From assembly GCA_023205875.1 (NCBI GenBank), contig CP060769.1, positions 496,001-560,000 of the forward strand: a stretch of 64,000 bases of DNA, in the 5' to 3' direction. The position numbers and the translations under genes were made by a program. This stretch comes from Chloropicon primus. Taxonomy: Eukaryota. Numbering within the stretch: position 1 is the stretch's first letter; each line of letters starts with the position of its first letter. The notes below the pieces were generated by a model. It saw nothing but the letters and a program-made list of their open reading frames with translations, did no database searches and was not told where the DNA came from. Positions 53,701 to 63,441 of the stretch are shown one piece after another.

Positions 53701-56700
53701 GCAAACGTACTTCAAGTTTTGGCGCTCAAAATCGCTCAGGGCAGAGGATGGCTTGAAAATTGGCTTCGAACTCTCGGCAGCAAAACCCGACCATTCCCCA
53801 AGAACAACGAAACCTCCGAACTGGATTGGATCAAAGTCAAATTCTTTGTCATCCAATGTTTTCTCGTACGTGCACGAAGCCGTGCATTCCAGGGAGGATC
53901 TGCAAAATTCTGGAGGCCACCTGTCGTTCCCCAAGAAGTCCCTCGTGTGTATTACCAACTCAACCTCCTCGCCTGCTTTTGCCTGTTGGGTAAAAGAGCT
54001 GCTTTCGCTGTCGCTAGTGTTCACAACCAACACTGATTCAGACGCTGAGCAGAGTCCTGGCTCGAACTCAACCTCGACCTCCATTTGCGACAGCTTTGCC
54101 CTCTGATACTTTCTAAGAGTATCGTCCGTGCAGGCTTGAAGGCCCTGCAACGTTTGGCAAATACCCAAGGGCTCTGGCCAAGTCCCGAAGTAGTGGTCGT
54201 TGGAATTTTCAACGGTGAAAGTCATGCTATACAGCTGAACGCACTTCTCGCGCTGTTGGCCACTGAGAAGACATTCTACAGTTTCCCTGCCCAGGTCAGT
54301 GTACTTCTCGAAGAAACGGAAGTTGACATCCAACTCGACAGGGATACCAAAGACCATTCCTGTTCCCCCGCCAGTGTTGATAATCTCTGTTCTCTCCACG
54401 AGGTGGCTTGGCGTATTGAATCTTGACTTAGCGTCCCCGACTTGGGCGAGCCAGGACTCCAACCGGCTGCTGAATTGCTGCAGCTGCGCCTGTGAATTTG
54501 TCCCGCCAGCACCAATGACATCAGGATAGCTTCCGTTTGCCACCAATGTGTCGAGCAAGGATAGGTCCACGTTTCCATCGACGTCAAGGAAAGGTTCCCT
54601 TTCATACGTCACAAGGCTTGTATCTCTGTTGATGTCCAACTTAGTCATCGAAAGGTAGATCCAAAAAGGCATTTCAAGAAGCCCGTCATATTGAGGCTCG
54701 AACGTGTCCGTGTCATATATGAAGTAGGCATCCGAGGCACCAACCATACTAACAAGGTTGACAGCTTGCCTTACTTCTGTGCCTGCCGCCACGTATGCCT
54801 TGTTCAGCTTCTTTGGCAGGAAAATGAGTGTATTTGCGCCCATACCTTCCACCTCCATGGCCAAGAAACGGAATCCCATCTCCTCGTTGACGACCTGGTC
54901 CCCAATATTTCTCAAAATGCGCATGCCTGAGTTCGAGAATGTCTGACTGCAGGTGTTTCCACCAATGTCACGGATGTAGCCCCACGCTTGGCCCGTCACA
55001 CAACTTGTCCCCGAAGCTGATACGCAGTCGAAGTCTTCTGAACAGCCGTTGTATTTGTAATCGCTCAGGCTCACACTCATTCCCTGATCAGAATCCAACA
55101 CTTTGTCCTCCGACAAGTCATAGTCATTCGTTTGCATCATCAACGCCACCCTATAATGTGCCGTCCTCAGCTGCTGAGTATCAAAGTCTATCATCACGGC
55201 CTGGCTAGACTTCGCTGCTATCGTGTGCACATCAGAAGAAATCAAGCTCCCTGTATCCTCGTCCTTAAGAGTGATCCACGAGGGTTTCGTTCCGATGTAC
55301 TCCTTCTGCTCATCGAGACCACATTCGTCTACGGCGCCGCTTCCCCCCTCAGAGTATACCATTTTCCAGCGCAGGGGGAAGTCACCGGTGTTCTTGAACA
55401 GAACTGAGGCATTGCTCTGCTTGGTGATGTCAAGCTCGATGCCGCCGGAAAGCTTTCTAATGAAATCGTCTGGCTCCAATTCAAGAGTAGGTGGCTCGTA
55501 AGTATGCAAGCGGACGTCAAACTCCAGTACGTTGGCAGGCCTAACCAAGTTGGTTGTGTTGACATAGTAACCATCAATGGTCGTTGGACCCCCCGTCCTA
55601 CAGTAATCAGAGAAGCTTCCTTGCGTTGGACAAGCTTTGTCCACGTGACCAAGCTTCAGCTTGTGACTAAGTTGTGAAGGTTCTGTGATCTTATCAACAC
55701 TCAAGTAAAGGGTGTGCTCAAATGTTCTCTCGTCCAACGCAGCTGTTTCCCCCCTCAACCAGTCCGGAAGATCGTTGATGATTTCCACGTTCACAAAGCC
55801 AGCCCCTCCTTCGAAAGAAGTCGTGAACTTGAGCTCTTTGGTGCAATGAGCAAACTCGTCGCAGTGCTCCTCTGCTCGGGATGACCGGATGACGAAGTGT
55901 CTTATAAGCTTGTCATTGTCCGTGTCGTGAGATATACGCGCAGAGACCTCCCAAATCAGTCTTTTCATATTTCCTTCGTTTCCTGCAGAATCAACAGGGA
56001 CGATTTCGAACACGTGCCTTCCCAAACCCAATTCCTCAAGCTCAATCGTTCCCTCGGTTGTTCCGTTCCCATAACCATCACCAAGAGTTTGGCTCCAAGT
56101 GTCGTCACTCGAGTCGAAAGAGCTCCAGGTCCACGCAGGGCTCGTAGAGTTCCCGTACGCGTCGAACGTGTGTACCTGTCTCCATCTGAAAGTGCAGCTG
56201 GGTTCATCTGCCCGGAAACGAACTGTGCGAGATGTTTCGTAGGTCAGTGCAGGATGAGAATCGAGGAAGACCAGGCTAGGGTCCCTCGTGTCGACAATGA
56301 AGGACTTCTTCACAACGACCCAGTGGTCCCGCCAGTCCACCACTTTCATCCTGAATATGTTCACTCCACTCTGGAGGTACGAGTTAGGTCTCCACTTGCC
56401 GCTTCCCTCGGAACGAGGACTGCAGTCCCTGTACGTGGAAATCAGCGCACCAGCGTTGTCTCTCTTCTCGATCATGCACCCTCTGTGTTTGATAGGCATG
56501 CCCTCCAAATTTGCAACCCAATTCAGATACGGCCTTCTATTACTCACAAGCACCATTCCATCATTTGCATTGCCTTGGTCCTGGATGACTTCGGTATCAG
56601 CCCATTCATTGAATGGTATGTAGACCTTGCTGGATGCATAGGCGGACTCTTTCTCCCCTCCTCCACCGAAAACGACCGTCGAATCGTAGACAGAGAAGTC

Positions 56701-58128
56701 ATAGTTCACCCAACTCAACGAGTGGCCGGGATTGGGGTCCAAGTTTCTCACCATGACCTGCAGCCTGTGATTGTCCACCGACAGACTGGAGAACTCGCAC
56801 TTTTCTCCCGTCAAGTTTGCCGTTAATGTGTTCGTAGCGTGGTTTATGTGAAAGTCTTCCTGCTCTCCAAAGCCAATAAAGTTGACTTCAGGCTTCGCCG
56901 CGAACAGAAAATATTGAGAGGCGCAAAAGCCATCCTCAGCAGCGCAACTCGAGCCGAGAGTTCCCCAGTGTGAAGTGTGCGAGTAGCCCTTGTCCATTGC
57001 ACAGAAGGCTGACCATTGCAGTGGGACGGCATCGGTAGCAGTCAAGCGAAAATGGCCTGACAAGTCCTTGTCCAGGAAAACGAGCCTGTTGTCCTCCACG
57101 CCGTTCCGAGAAGTGTCCGTCCAGTTCAGTTTTATCGCTGGCTGCTGAATGGACCTTGCCCTTTTGTTGAAATCAACGACCTGGTGCGCGTTCTCGGACT
57201 TCAGTAATTCATCAGAGATTGTCAACTTTGGCTTCGTCTCTGTGGGACACAGATACGCCTCGTCGGTCTCAGACTCTTCGACGGCGTCTTGAGCAACGAC
57301 ACTGTACTTGGTGCAATGATCATCAATCCAGGTCAGGGAGTACGTGTGGGAGTTTCTAATCCTAGAATTCCACGGGCACGTCTCGTTTCTGAATTGCACG
57401 CCATAGCCATAGTTTCCCAAGGACTGCATGTCGTTGGCGCCCGCCGGAGGCAGCACTCTCCTCAGCCTGTTGAAACTAAGTTGTCCCGAGTTATCTTGGG
57501 ACTTCCACATCACAGTGGCCTGAAACTGGTAATTCACACCAAAGCGCCGCTTGTGCACGAAGGCCACCTTCTTAAAGTCCGGGGGGGTTCCCTGGCCGTA
57601 CTGCACAATAAGCGCCACGTTCTCATCCCCGCCGAACCCGTCCGCGAATCCCAGGTTCACAGAAGGGGGTGTCACTGCATCGGTACAGAACCCATCTCCA
57701 GTCTCGTACGTGCATGCATAGGGGCAGCTGTTCGAGAGTCCACCGTGGCCAGTATAAGAGCTATACGTGGGTTTGTTGCTGCATGATGCTTCATAACCCT
57801 CGTTGGAGTCGATGTGCCAAACGTATTCGCAGTCCTCTATCGGTGGGTTCGGGTTGCAATCCGGATTGTCAGGATCATTGTCGCAGGACGTGGGACAGTA
57901 AATATCCGTCACGTTGTTCCACGTGCAACCCGCGCGATACTTTCCAGTGCCAAAGCTTGGCAGCGCTCCGCAGAACTGGTTCTGCGACCCGCAGTTCTCC
58001 GGTGTGCTTGGACAAATCGCTTGGACTTGAACGAAAGAGGAAAAGGCCAGGAGGGTCGCAAAGATGAGTGGCACTCCTCCTTGGTTGACCCAAAACGCTC
58101 CCCTTGGCCTGCCTTTCTTCGTCGCCAT
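47713..58128 (-). CDS. Giant (3471 aa) cell-surface multi-TM protein: signal peptide, Ig/filamin-like repeats, Cys-rich repeats, multi-TM domain, long cytoplasmic tail
   Basis: Uninterrupted ORF. Repeated (D/R)-x-(F/Y)GN beta-sandwich motifs, CxxCP..GAxC / GYWR / GPLCTEC repeats, TM block with FGFMYSGYKDQFWWWECMSLMRK and YKPF. Confidence 0.85.
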   Translation of the reverse strand: MATKKGRPRGAFWVNQGGVPLIFATLLAFSSFVQVQAICPSTPENCGSQNQFCGALPSFGTGKYRAGCTWNNVTDIYCPTSCDNDPDNPDCNPNPPIEDCEYVWHIDSNEGYEASCSNKPTYSSYTGHGGLSNSCPYACTYETGDGFCTDAVTPPSVNLGFADGFGGDENVALIVQYGQGTPPDFKKVAFVHKRRFGVNYQFQATVMWKSQDNSGQLSFNRLRRVLPPAGANDMQSLGNYGYGVQFRNETCPWNSRIRNSHTYSLTWIDDHCTKYSVVAQDAVEESETDEAYLCPTETKPKLTISDELLKSENAHQVVDFNKRARSIQQPAIKLNWTDTSRNGVEDNRLVFLDKDLSGHFRLTATDAVPLQWSAFCAMDKGYSHTSHWGTLGSSCAAEDGFCASQYFLFAAKPEVNFIGFGEQEDFHINHATNTLTANLTGEKCEFSSLSVDNHRLQVMVRNLDPNPGHSLSWVNYDFSVYDSTVVFGGGGEKESAYASSKVYIPFNEWADTEVIQDQGNANDGMVLVSNRRPYLNWVANLEGMPIKHRGCMIEKRDNAGALISTYRDCSPRSEGSGKWRPNSYLQSGVNIFRMKVVDWRDHWVVVKKSFIVDTRDPSLVFLDSHPALTYETSRTVRFRADEPSCTFRWRQVHTFDAYGNSTSPAWTWSSFDSSDDTWSQTLGDGYGNGTTEGTIELEELGLGRHVFEIVPVDSAGNEGNMKRLIWEVSARISHDTDNDKLIRHFVIRSSRAEEHCDEFAHCTKELKFTTSFEGGAGFVNVEIINDLPDWLRGETAALDERTFEHTLYLSVDKITEPSQLSHKLKLGHVDKACPTQGSFSDYCRTGGPTTIDGYYVNTTNLVRPANVLEFDVRLHTYEPPTLELEPDDFIRKLSGGIELDITKQSNASVLFKNTGDFPLRWKMVYSEGGSGAVDECGLDEQKEYIGTKPSWITLKDEDTGSLISSDVHTIAAKSSQAVMIDFDTQQLRTAHYRVALMMQTNDYDLSEDKVLDSDQGMSVSLSDYKYNGCSEDFDCVSASGTSCVTGQAWGYIRDIGGNTCSQTFSNSGMRILRNIGDQVVNEEMGFRFLAMEVEGMGANTLIFLPKKLNKAYVAAGTEVRQAVNLVSMVGASDAYFIYDTDTFEPQYDGLLEMPFWIYLSMTKLDINRDTSLVTYEREPFLDVDGNVDLSLLDTLVANGSYPDVIGAGGTNSQAQLQQFSSRLESWLAQVGDAKSRFNTPSHLVERTEIINTGGGTGMVFGIPVELDVNFRFFEKYTDLGRETVECLLSGQQREKCVQLYSMTFTVENSNDHYFGTWPEPLGICQTLQGLQACTDDTLRKYQRAKLSQMEVEVEFEPGLCSASESVLVVNTSDSESSSFTQQAKAGEEVELVIHTRDFLGNDRWPPEFCRSSLECTASCTYEKTLDDKEFDFDPIQFGGFVVLGEWSGFAAESSKPIFKPSSALSDFERQNLKYVCSGNPYGMGGMGMPERLEFFTRTSLEFYQGDQGLGGFEGVGGLGGGLGGLDTSGELNYIVFDRIDPLKTRCWDARALLSWIEDPMSWHIEGMRHFPLDKYLLLTPEDITMITNVAGGRKLPIDGIFDEEEFMQTEQITQWSYSEDNGDGTHSIKIPALKAGTYQLFAGEYARDFVKSTPMSLGVPTVLGSSANISNFYRSDDVEYDPLVSFLKYSVQNIQSYFFEVVASEIDLQSFLVLDVNPMQAIAGDEFCFNVQAQDRFENVVMTENGNSSDLQFYMLFKAVSYKNSTIKAYRATYTQSNGDDDVLGVTYETCFLLERAGHYELWLSEAGAFASQSLENIQTILSRGGDGQAKRLNKHVPQETIIAPSEVSEATSCIDEFGTSKWECGNQTATKTMLVGDPIKFMLHSYDEYGNPLQSSQNYTFIARLWANVTENSSSTGEEGDSTSTTGEEGDSTSTTGEEGDSTSTTGEEGDSTSTTGEEGDATSTTGEEGDATSTTGEEGDATSTTGEEGGGRRQLMQASSSPWTQEVASKLAYPSNAVACSDPYFGVDTPCPNEFVLILSSELGSPAWFGPKVNGTYKLTISVVKTLVDGSTEEKRIENIDYYVTMEASNLISPANSELYSNLPPPHTVAYGDGRPLPSLRFEEPYEGLFVMPKDRFGNFLSLPVESNILSSGVPLSPSDVLLTLYDKVRNGEVLSSVWSYRAQYDKERSQMANAVVLSLDFQPRMNGTYEFNVSISDGEEVKLIAGNPFELPVLEIICEEGSQAERLTGAYCVCSPGWYDQLTADLGDLPDCQRCGIELSGELDLTKYNTKPDQIECTYCPLCSDGQTYEYAPVGADSPYDCRCPDDFVRIPHLTSEEFPLNEFGRHLCHPCPEGAICTNGTSLEGIEAEDGYWRADPETDTFVSCDLTIAGAAICEGGSIEDGYCMDGHAGPLCTECDEGWGRAGKGTCIKCIQSSTRKIFDWLQIVGTIVGMTLLVTVFVYREIKSMHQKIKAGDFARSRARTQLLKSMLSYLQIVGIAKEVQVQWNPLLRKYFNTVNSMTSEFAFESQAFACQLPSSYMQKWQAYMLAPFFASAGLLLVFYFRSLFKPKKHKELTLLDKEDSKKGDDDDDSESSTFLTSFMTTMLVLGFLAYPSLVRKAVEVFGCRTMVQRKTDRRNSGNVIDSAISLLSVDNSVSCLSTEYTLMRLQAMVAIGLYGVGVPFSVFAAIKARRDKLHEKKTMLMFGFMYSGYKDQFWWWECMSLMRKLFMSLVLVFFSERLYIQLFLGLVVSQMFLLLQLRYKPFTTDLCNIFETMSLFALWFTLQGTFLYFEGVSIGVNLVITAALATINFGVILFFVLAYFYQTLEDKKEALRKPLAKVGINIDWVLETIRKFNKEIVDSTVSKNVVNVFAKKGVASIDDLASCPQFKQIETFKKILEAYRISEATEEELRLVQEIHAKLEEILASDEALVLTYQSPLMEGIQAYINRLRSESGAAYVNPLSTFDSLGEDRRTREQKKLYGQAGPLDDISSFLTRFRSETGRNFMNPLAEEGEGEGVGMGALGPLPEAQEPGEDDARRGTVTDETFLMNDISSFLTRFRSETGRNFMNPLAEEGEGEGVGIGSLGPLPEAQEPGEDGEVPPARKPTLLDQTFLMNDISSFLTRFRSETGTNFMNPLAEEVEANLGVDALGVDVEHSTARVSSDLAEPVGESSRENDASREELENLALRSTDQADRARADTFKLDAPNLRKTTEVDRKKSVDFLHSIDSELLRILNWRSEIAESGRYKPLQDAKVKHIHRHSVHHGRQRAQGKGLSLSNVSAALKEIEDVAPSRSAPNRLSSIQEDPGTPASQVSSEGGEDQALLSSRDRKESSSAVSVNPLAASLWKKAANGAMREMIANPLQAQDAGTDDAGSSAALPTSLTLDRSGSSKKFRMEASKDFDIEFDSPVAEPPARKTSEQGMDLNPMLEPQGETPGKSTFKLPTTLTLKKAAKSFKKKGKKGKK
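52158..52380. repeat. 30-bp coding minisatellite, ~7.5 copies (TTGEEGDSTS)
   Basis: CTTCCCCGGT recurs every 30 bp from 52161 to 52371. Confidence 0.95.
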
Positions 58129-58904
58129 CTCACCTCACCACGTGTGTGTGTGTGTGTGTGTGTGTTCGTGTTGCGTGCTCTCTCTCAAACTATGTTCTTA
58201 TTCCCGGACCCAGACAACATCTTCGTTCTCTTGTCTCTTGTCTTCTCCCCTGGCGGAGGATCCCATCACCAAGCCCTCCCCGTCATGAATTCACCGCTGC
58301 GGTGAAGGGTTTTTGTTTCGCCCTGTGGTGCCTCTGGCGGTGCCGGTGGCTGTGTTGGGCGGGAAGAGAGAACAAGAACCAGAACACAAGAGTGAAGCTC
58401 GTGCGTGAAGCTCCGTCCCGGTGTGCGTGGGGAACGATCCCTCGCTCGCCGGGGCCAAAAGCGGAAAGAAAAAGAAACTTAGTAAGAAATCATGAAAAGG
58501 ACAAGGAGGAGAAAGAAAGAGCAACACCAAGAGAGAGAGAGAGAGAAAGGAGGGAGGTCTTGTTGGAGTTGGTTAAGTGAAGGGGATCCACTCCACCTCC
58601 ACGGAGCACCCAAACGTTTGGGTTGGTGTTGTAACAAGAACAAGAAGGAAGCGCCGCCCCGGACGGATCGGAGGATCGGAGGATCGGAGGAGAACAAAAC
58701 ACGAAGAAAACAAGAGCTCCATCTCCTCTCCAAAGTATAGTCTCGGATTGTGTTCCCGCGGGGGCGACACCCTCCCTGGTAGTCCCGAATGGAGTTGTAC
58801 TCCCACGTGAAGGGAAGCGTGAGAAGCGTGAGATTCTTCTCTTCTTGACCAGGCAGGAAGGAAAGCGCTCACGGCTCACGCTCACGCTCACGCTACGGGG
58901 CGCC

Positions 58905-61900
58905 ATGGCTTCCGAGAAAGGGGGCGGGAAGATCTACGAGTACGAGGAGAAGGACAATGCGGATGAAAAGGCGGAGGGAGAGAAGACGGAGGGCGAGACG
59001 GAGGGACAATGTTCCGTCAAGGACCTCTTCATGGAGGCGGAGAAGAAAGAGTGCGTCTTGCTCGCGGTGGGACTCCTCTTTGCCCTCGTGAACGGTCTTG
59101 GCGATCCCCTGATGATCGTCCTGTTCAGTGAGTCGATGTCCGCCCTCTCGGACCCCGAGGACACCCTCAAGGTCATGTCGGAGGTCGCCATCCTGTTCGT
59201 CATCCTCGGAGGCATTTTGCAGGTGGCCGCCAGCATACAATACGGGTGCTTCAGCAGGGTTGCGAAGACCCTGAGCATCCGCATGAGGAAGAAGTGGATG
59301 AGGAGCCTCCTGAAGCAGGACATCGCGTACTTTGACAAGAACGACGCGAGCGCCCTGCCAGGGAAGATGTCCAGCACCATGGTGAGCTTTGAGGAGGGGA
59401 TAGGCGCCAAGCTCGGCTTGGGCTTGCAGTTCTTCTCCGGTTTCTTGGCCGGGGTGATCATCGCTTTCGTGTACAACGCGTACGTCGCCCTGATCACCAT
59501 CGCAGCCATGCCCCTTGTCGCCGGAAGCGGGGCCTGGCTCGTTAAGGTCAACACGGAGGCCGCGGAGAAGAAGGACAAGTGTTACTCCAAGGCCAACGCT
59601 TTGGCCTACGAGACGTTCAAGGGGCTGAAGACCGTCCTGAGCGTCAACGGGAGCGGCAAGATGGAGCGGAGGTACATGGAGGCCACGAGGGAGGCCAAGA
59701 AGGCCGGAATCGGGAGGTCCTTCCACGTGGGCGTCGCCAACGGAAGCATGCTGTCGACCTTCAACCTCATGTACCTTGCCATCACGGTGTTCGGGGGCTG
59801 GGCTCTGTCGCACCAGATCAAGAAGACTGGCTGCGATCCCAGCGGATCGGTGTGGCCGAGGAACAAGTGCGACACCTTCAACCTCCCCCGGGAGATGGAC
59901 GGCACGGCGGTCTTCATCGCCCTCATGTCCCTCGCCATCGGGGGACAGGCGTTGGGCCAGGTCGCCGGGAGCGTGGACGCCTTGTCCGTGGCCCGGAAGG
60001 CCATGAAGGCCTGCGTGGACGTCATCAAGAACGAGCCGGAGATCGATCCGGAGGCCGAGGGGGGCTTGAAGCCCAGCCAGGAGGACACCAAGGGAAAGCT
60101 CGAGCTCGAGGACATCAAGTTCGCGTACCCCACGAGGCCGGACGCCGTTGTCTTCGACGACTTTGGCCTGACAATCGAGCCCGGCCAGACCCTGGCCCTG
60201 GTGGGGGAGAGCGGCAGCGGCAAGAGCACGATCACCCAGCTGCTGCAGAGGTTCTACGACCCCAACCAAGGTCGGATCTTGCTGGACGGGACTGACCTCA
60301 AGGACCTGAACGTCAAGTGGCTCAGGCAGAACGTCGGCATCGTGTCCCAGGAGCCTCAGCTTTTCACGGGAACGATCGCGGAGAACATCGGGTACGGCGC
60401 GACCGCTTCGGGGAAGGAGGCGTCCCTGGAGGACATCCAGGAGGCGGCCAAGCAGGCCAACGCCCACAACTTCATCATGGAGTTCAACAAGGGGTACGAC
60501 ACGGAGGTTGGCTTTGGCGGGTCCCAGATGAGCGGAGGCCAGAAGCAGAGGATTGCGATCGCCAGGGCCCTCGTCAAGAAGCCAACGATTCTTTTGCTCG
60601 ACGAGGCCACCTCAGCTTTGGACAACAAGTCCGAGCTGGTCGTCCAGGAGGCCTTGGACAAGCTCGTGGAGGGAGACAAGAGCAACAGGACGACGATTAT
60701 CATCGCTCACAGGCTGTCGACCATCCGAACCGCGGACGTGATCGGGTACGTGGAGGGCGGAAAGATCGTCGAGAAGGGAACTCACGAGGAGCTCATCAAG
60801 ATGGAGGGCGGGCACTACCGTGAGCTCGTCGAGAAGCAGGAAGTCAAGGCGGGCATCGGCATGGGCAGCACGACGGACGGCAAGGCGGACCGCACCTCGA
60901 TGCAGGGGGGGGAGGCAACGGGAAAGGCGTCAGAGGGCCAGGACGGTAATAGCACGAACGAGGAGGCCGACTCGAAGGAGGGCAAGGAGGGGGAGGAGAA
61001 GCCAGAGTACAAGGTCTCTTGGAAGCGAATCTGGGAGTGCAACAAGGCCGACACCAAGTTCTTGACTGGCGGTGCATTCAGCGCGATGATTGCGGGAGCC
61101 CTGTACCCCTTCTGGGGGTACATGTTCGCCAAGATGATCGTGGTGTTCTTCACCCCAGTGTACGCCTGCGTGGACGAGGCCACGGTGGGCTACTTCACTG
61201 CCGCGGATTTGGGCTTCACCAGCTGCAAGGCTTACTTTGACAGGCAGGCGGACAAGCTGTGGGACGACGCAGTGAACCTTTCGTACTTTTGGATCGGCGT
61301 CGCCGTGCTGACCCTGGTCTCGAACGCGTTGATGTTCCTTGGGTTCGGAACGGCCTCCGAGCGCCTTTGCTTCAGGATCAGAAACCGCATGTTCTCGACC
61401 TACTTGAGACAGGAGCCCGGGTACTTTGACGCCCCGGAGAACTCCGTGGGCAGCGTCAGCAGTCGCCTTGCCAGCGACGCCACGCTCCTCAAGGCGAAGA
61501 CTGGGGAGCCCCTCCAGCAGATCTTGATCACCCTGTTCGGTTGCGTCGGGGGGATCGTGCTCGCGGCCATCTTCGCCTGGCCCATCGCGCTCATGGCCAT
61601 CGGCGTCCTTCCGATCCTGGGCTTTGCCATGACCATGCAGGTGGAGATGATCCTCGGGCAGTCCAAGGCGGGCGACTCGGAGGACCCCAAGATTGGTTCC
61701 CTCGCGGGGGAGAGCCTCAACTCGATCCGGACGGTGACCGCCTTTGGCCTGCAGAAGAGCGTCGCCCAGAGGTACGACGGGATGCTGGTGAACTTGGAGA
61801 TGAGTACGGACGCCCTGCTCAGGAAGAGCGTGGGCTTCGGGGCCTCGTTCTCCCTGCAGCACTGGGCCTGGGCCCTGCTCATGTGGTTCGGCGCCTGGGT

Positions 61901-62855
61901 TATCGACAACTTGTCCTTCAACTTTGAGGACTTCTCCATCGCCGTCTTTGCCTTCTTCTTCGGGCTGTTCGGGATGTCCATGGCCGCCAGCGGGGCGACG
62001 GACACCAAGCAGGCCGTGAACGCCCTCACCAACATCTTCCAGCTCCTGGACAGGGTCACCAAGATCGACCCGAAGAGCAGCGCGGGAGTCGTGCTGGAGG
62101 AGGCCAAGGGAGAGGTAGAGTTCAAGGACGTCGTCTTCACTTACCCGGCCAGGGAGGACAACCTGGTGTGCAACCAGCTCTCCTTCAGCATCGGGGCGGG
62201 CGAGAAGATCGGAGTGGTCGGCTCGAGCGGCTCGGGCAAGTCCACCATCATCCAGCTCATCGAGAGGTTCTACGATCCGGACGGGGGCCAGGCAGTCTTC
62301 GATCAGCTGATCATCCAGAACTTGAGCTACGAGTGGATCCACTCCCGGATCGGCATGGTGGGCCAGGAGCCCGTCCTCTTCAACGGGACCATAGCCTCCA
62401 ACATTGCATTCGGGCACAAAGCCGACGACTTGCCGAGGGAAGAGATCGTGGCGGCCGCCAAGCTCGCCAACGCCGACGCTTTCATCATGGAGCTCCCGGA
62501 CGGGTACGAGACCGAGGTCGGCCCGGGGGGAACCCTCCTGAGCGGCGGACAGAAGCAGAGGATCGCCATCGCAAGGGCCCTCGTTTGCAAGCCAAAGGTT
62601 CTCCTTCTGGATGAGGCCACCTCCGCATTGGACGCCACCAGCGAGCAGGTCGTCCAGGAGGCTCTGAACAAGCTCATGAACGACACGAACATGACGACCA
62701 TCATGATCGCCCACCGCATGTCCACCGTGAGGGACATGGACAAGATCTTGGTCATCGAGAACGGCCAGGTCGTGGAGTTCGGCTCCCACGACGACCTCAT
62801 GCAGAGGGACGAAGGCGTGTACGCGGGCCTCGTCCGAGCTTCAGGAAAACAATAG
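58905..62855 (+). CDS. Full-length ABCB (MDR/P-glycoprotein) transporter
   Basis: TMD-NBD-TMD-NBD; Walker A GESGSGKST and GSSGSGKST; (M/L)SGGQKQRIAIARAL twice; LLLDEATSALD twice. Confidence 0.97.
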   Translation: MASEKGGGKIYEYEEKDNADEKAEGEKTEGETEGQCSVKDLFMEAEKKECVLLAVGLLFALVNGLGDPLMIVLFSESMSALSDPEDTLKVMSEVAILFVILGGILQVAASIQYGCFSRVAKTLSIRMRKKWMRSLLKQDIAYFDKNDASALPGKMSSTMVSFEEGIGAKLGLGLQFFSGFLAGVIIAFVYNAYVALITIAAMPLVAGSGAWLVKVNTEAAEKKDKCYSKANALAYETFKGLKTVLSVNGSGKMERRYMEATREAKKAGIGRSFHVGVANGSMLSTFNLMYLAITVFGGWALSHQIKKTGCDPSGSVWPRNKCDTFNLPREMDGTAVFIALMSLAIGGQALGQVAGSVDALSVARKAMKACVDVIKNEPEIDPEAEGGLKPSQEDTKGKLELEDIKFAYPTRPDAVVFDDFGLTIEPGQTLALVGESGSGKSTITQLLQRFYDPNQGRILLDGTDLKDLNVKWLRQNVGIVSQEPQLFTGTIAENIGYGATASGKEASLEDIQEAAKQANAHNFIMEFNKGYDTEVGFGGSQMSGGQKQRIAIARALVKKPTILLLDEATSALDNKSELVVQEALDKLVEGDKSNRTTIIIAHRLSTIRTADVIGYVEGGKIVEKGTHEELIKMEGGHYRELVEKQEVKAGIGMGSTTDGKADRTSMQGGEATGKASEGQDGNSTNEEADSKEGKEGEEKPEYKVSWKRIWECNKADTKFLTGGAFSAMIAGALYPFWGYMFAKMIVVFFTPVYACVDEATVGYFTAADLGFTSCKAYFDRQADKLWDDAVNLSYFWIGVAVLTLVSNALMFLGFGTASERLCFRIRNRMFSTYLRQEPGYFDAPENSVGSVSSRLASDATLLKAKTGEPLQQILITLFGCVGGIVLAAIFAWPIALMAIGVLPILGFAMTMQVEMILGQSKAGDSEDPKIGSLAGESLNSIRTVTAFGLQKSVAQRYDGMLVNLEMSTDALLRKSVGFGASFSLQHWAWALLMWFGAWVIDNLSFNFEDFSIAVFAFFFGLFGMSMAASGATDTKQAVNALTNIFQLLDRVTKIDPKSSAGVVLEEAKGEVEFKDVVFTYPAREDNLVCNQLSFSIGAGEKIGVVGSSGSGKSTIIQLIERFYDPDGGQAVFDQLIIQNLSYEWIHSRIGMVGQEPVLFNGTIASNIAFGHKADDLPREEIVAAAKLANADAFIMELPDGYETEVGPGGTLLSGGQKQRIAIARALVCKPKVLLLDEATSALDATSEQVVQEALNKLMNDTNMTTIMIAHRMSTVRDMDKILVIENGQVVEFGSHDDLMQRDEGVYAGLVRASGKQ

Positions 62856-63021
62856 ACAGGCAGGAACCACCGCAACCCCCACCGTCCTCATCGTTGATCC
62901 ATTGATCCGTTGATGGGGACAACAGGGACGAGCGAGAAGGAGGAGACAACATGATTTATAATGATAAAAAAAGAGTTTTTATTTGTAAGGGAAAGGTGTG
63001 GTCTTATCCAGGTTGCTTGGC

Positions 63022-63441
63022 TCACTTCTTCTTCGGGGTCTTCCTGGAGGTTCCCTGCCTCTTCTTCGTTCCGGAGGCCGGCGAGCCACCCGCCTTCCGC
63101 TTCTTCTGCTGGCCCTTCCCCTTCCTCAGCAACAGACTCCGGATGAGGATGGGCTGCGACTCGCTCTTGATGGTCTGGTCGCCAGGAGGTTTCGTGTTGT
63201 GGTCGCACACGTACCGCCGGAACCTCCCGTGAACCACACCCCCGACGCCGCCACACGCCTCGAGGTCCTCCTCAGGACAAGACCCTAAACTCGTTTCCTT
63301 CTCCTTGTCATCCTCCTCGTCGTCGTCATCGTTGGCGGTGGTGGTGGTGGTGGTGGTGGTGGTACGCCTTGACGCGATGGAGGCGAAGTTCCCACGCGAC
63401 GGCAGATCCCCGAGCAAGGGGTTGACCTCCTCCAGCGTCAT
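63022..63441 (-). CDS. DDA1: DET1- and DDB1-associated protein 1
   Basis: LLGDLPSRGNFA...YVCDHNTKPPGDQTIKSESQPILIRSL followed by a basic tail. Confidence 0.8.
   Translation of the reverse strand: MTLEEVNPLLGDLPSRGNFASIASRRTTTTTTTTTANDDDDEEDDKEKETSLGSCPEEDLEACGGVGGVVHGRFRRYVCDHNTKPPGDQTIKSESQPILIRSLLLRKGKGQQKKRKAGGSPASGTKKRQGTSRKTPKKK

Noticed and set aside
58893..62789. Long antisense ORFs (524 and 619 aa) opposite the ABCB gene, and similar shadow ORFs opposite other genes
   Set aside because: Expected by-products of GC3-rich codon usage; no recognisable domains.
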